From Botryllus schlosseri (lineage: Eukaryota), in contig CM119371.1 in NCBI GenBank assembly GCA_051294905.1, forward strand, positions 27,559,001-27,592,000: a stretch of DNA of 33,000 nt, written 5' to 3'. Shown here piece after piece: positions 32,279-33,000 of the stretch (position 1 is its first letter; each line of letters opens with the position of its first letter). Under the pieces are notes generated by a model that saw only the letters and a program-made list of their open reading frames with translations, ran no database searches and was not told the origin of the DNA. The position numbers and the translations under genes were made by a program.

Positions 32279-33000
32279 TTTCATATATTACAGTCTTCAC
32301 TTCATTATAACATCTTTGGTTGGAATTTATCGCATTTTAACTGTATGTCGCTAGCAGCATAAGATATCAACACTAAAAGAGCATGCACCTTGGCAATCTC
32401 CACAATTTTACTTGCTTTGTTACAGAAAATTACTCGAAATATCCGGCTTTCCGTTTGTGAATATTTAGTGACTCTATGCTGTGAGCTTGACCCACAATCA
32501 CACAACATCAATAGCGAAATACACTGCTTGTAGTTAGTCATCGAATGATGCTTATTAAACCAATCAATGAAATTGATATTGTTGTCTGATGTAAAAAAAT
32601 CCAGCAGGCATACAGGTTCAATCTTGACTTCGTATGTTTATTGTATCATAAAATCAAATCCGTGCGATTAGGGTGTTGGCTATACTGTTGTATAAGTTGT
32701 TAATGGGGTAATATCGGTAGCAAGTATAGAAAGCCATTTTACACTCTGCTCAATATCAACGTGGCAATACTCGGACGCCGAATACATTGTCCTGTCTGGC
32801 CTAGACCGTTAAGGCGTAAGCTTTTATTCCTTTGCATTGCAAGCAGGTATACTCGTAGAAATTGTTGGTAAATCTACGGAAGATAGTGATTTTATGGGAC
32901 TGTTATGTCATTTGATTGCCCCAGTTGATACAATTGGCGACGTTAAAAACGTCAATCGTACTCAAGCATTGTGGCATTATGTGGTCCAAGATGTCGCTAG

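Overview
Animal (probably non-vertebrate; CpG is not visibly depleted, introns are short GT-AG) genomic DNA with no prokaryotic features. The one gene I can reconstruct completely is a 9-coding-exon + strand gene (ATG 19454 to TGA 28798, 2043 nt CDS, 680 aa). It encodes a type-I membrane protein: signal peptide, Cys-rich N-cap, about 12 LRRs, LRRCT, Thr/Pro stalk, one TM helix and a 152-aa Ser/Thr-rich tail with no TIR domain. All eight intron phases are mutually consistent. The rest of the window is mostly non-autonomous transposons: a tRNA-derived SINE (3 copies), a deleted hAT-Charlie element with a transposase remnant, several hAT-type MITEs and a GG-ended MITE family with a telomere-like core. 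Most notable are an apparent composite transposon in intron 2 (outer MITE ends, one 8-bp TSD, about 1.25 kb of cargo, nested in an older MITE), a decayed spliced minus-strand membrane-protein gene at 10.9-12.2 kb loosely recalling gustatory-receptor-like proteins, and an unexplained 197-codon minus-strand frame upstream of the LRR gene. All family assignments are by eye; no database search was run.
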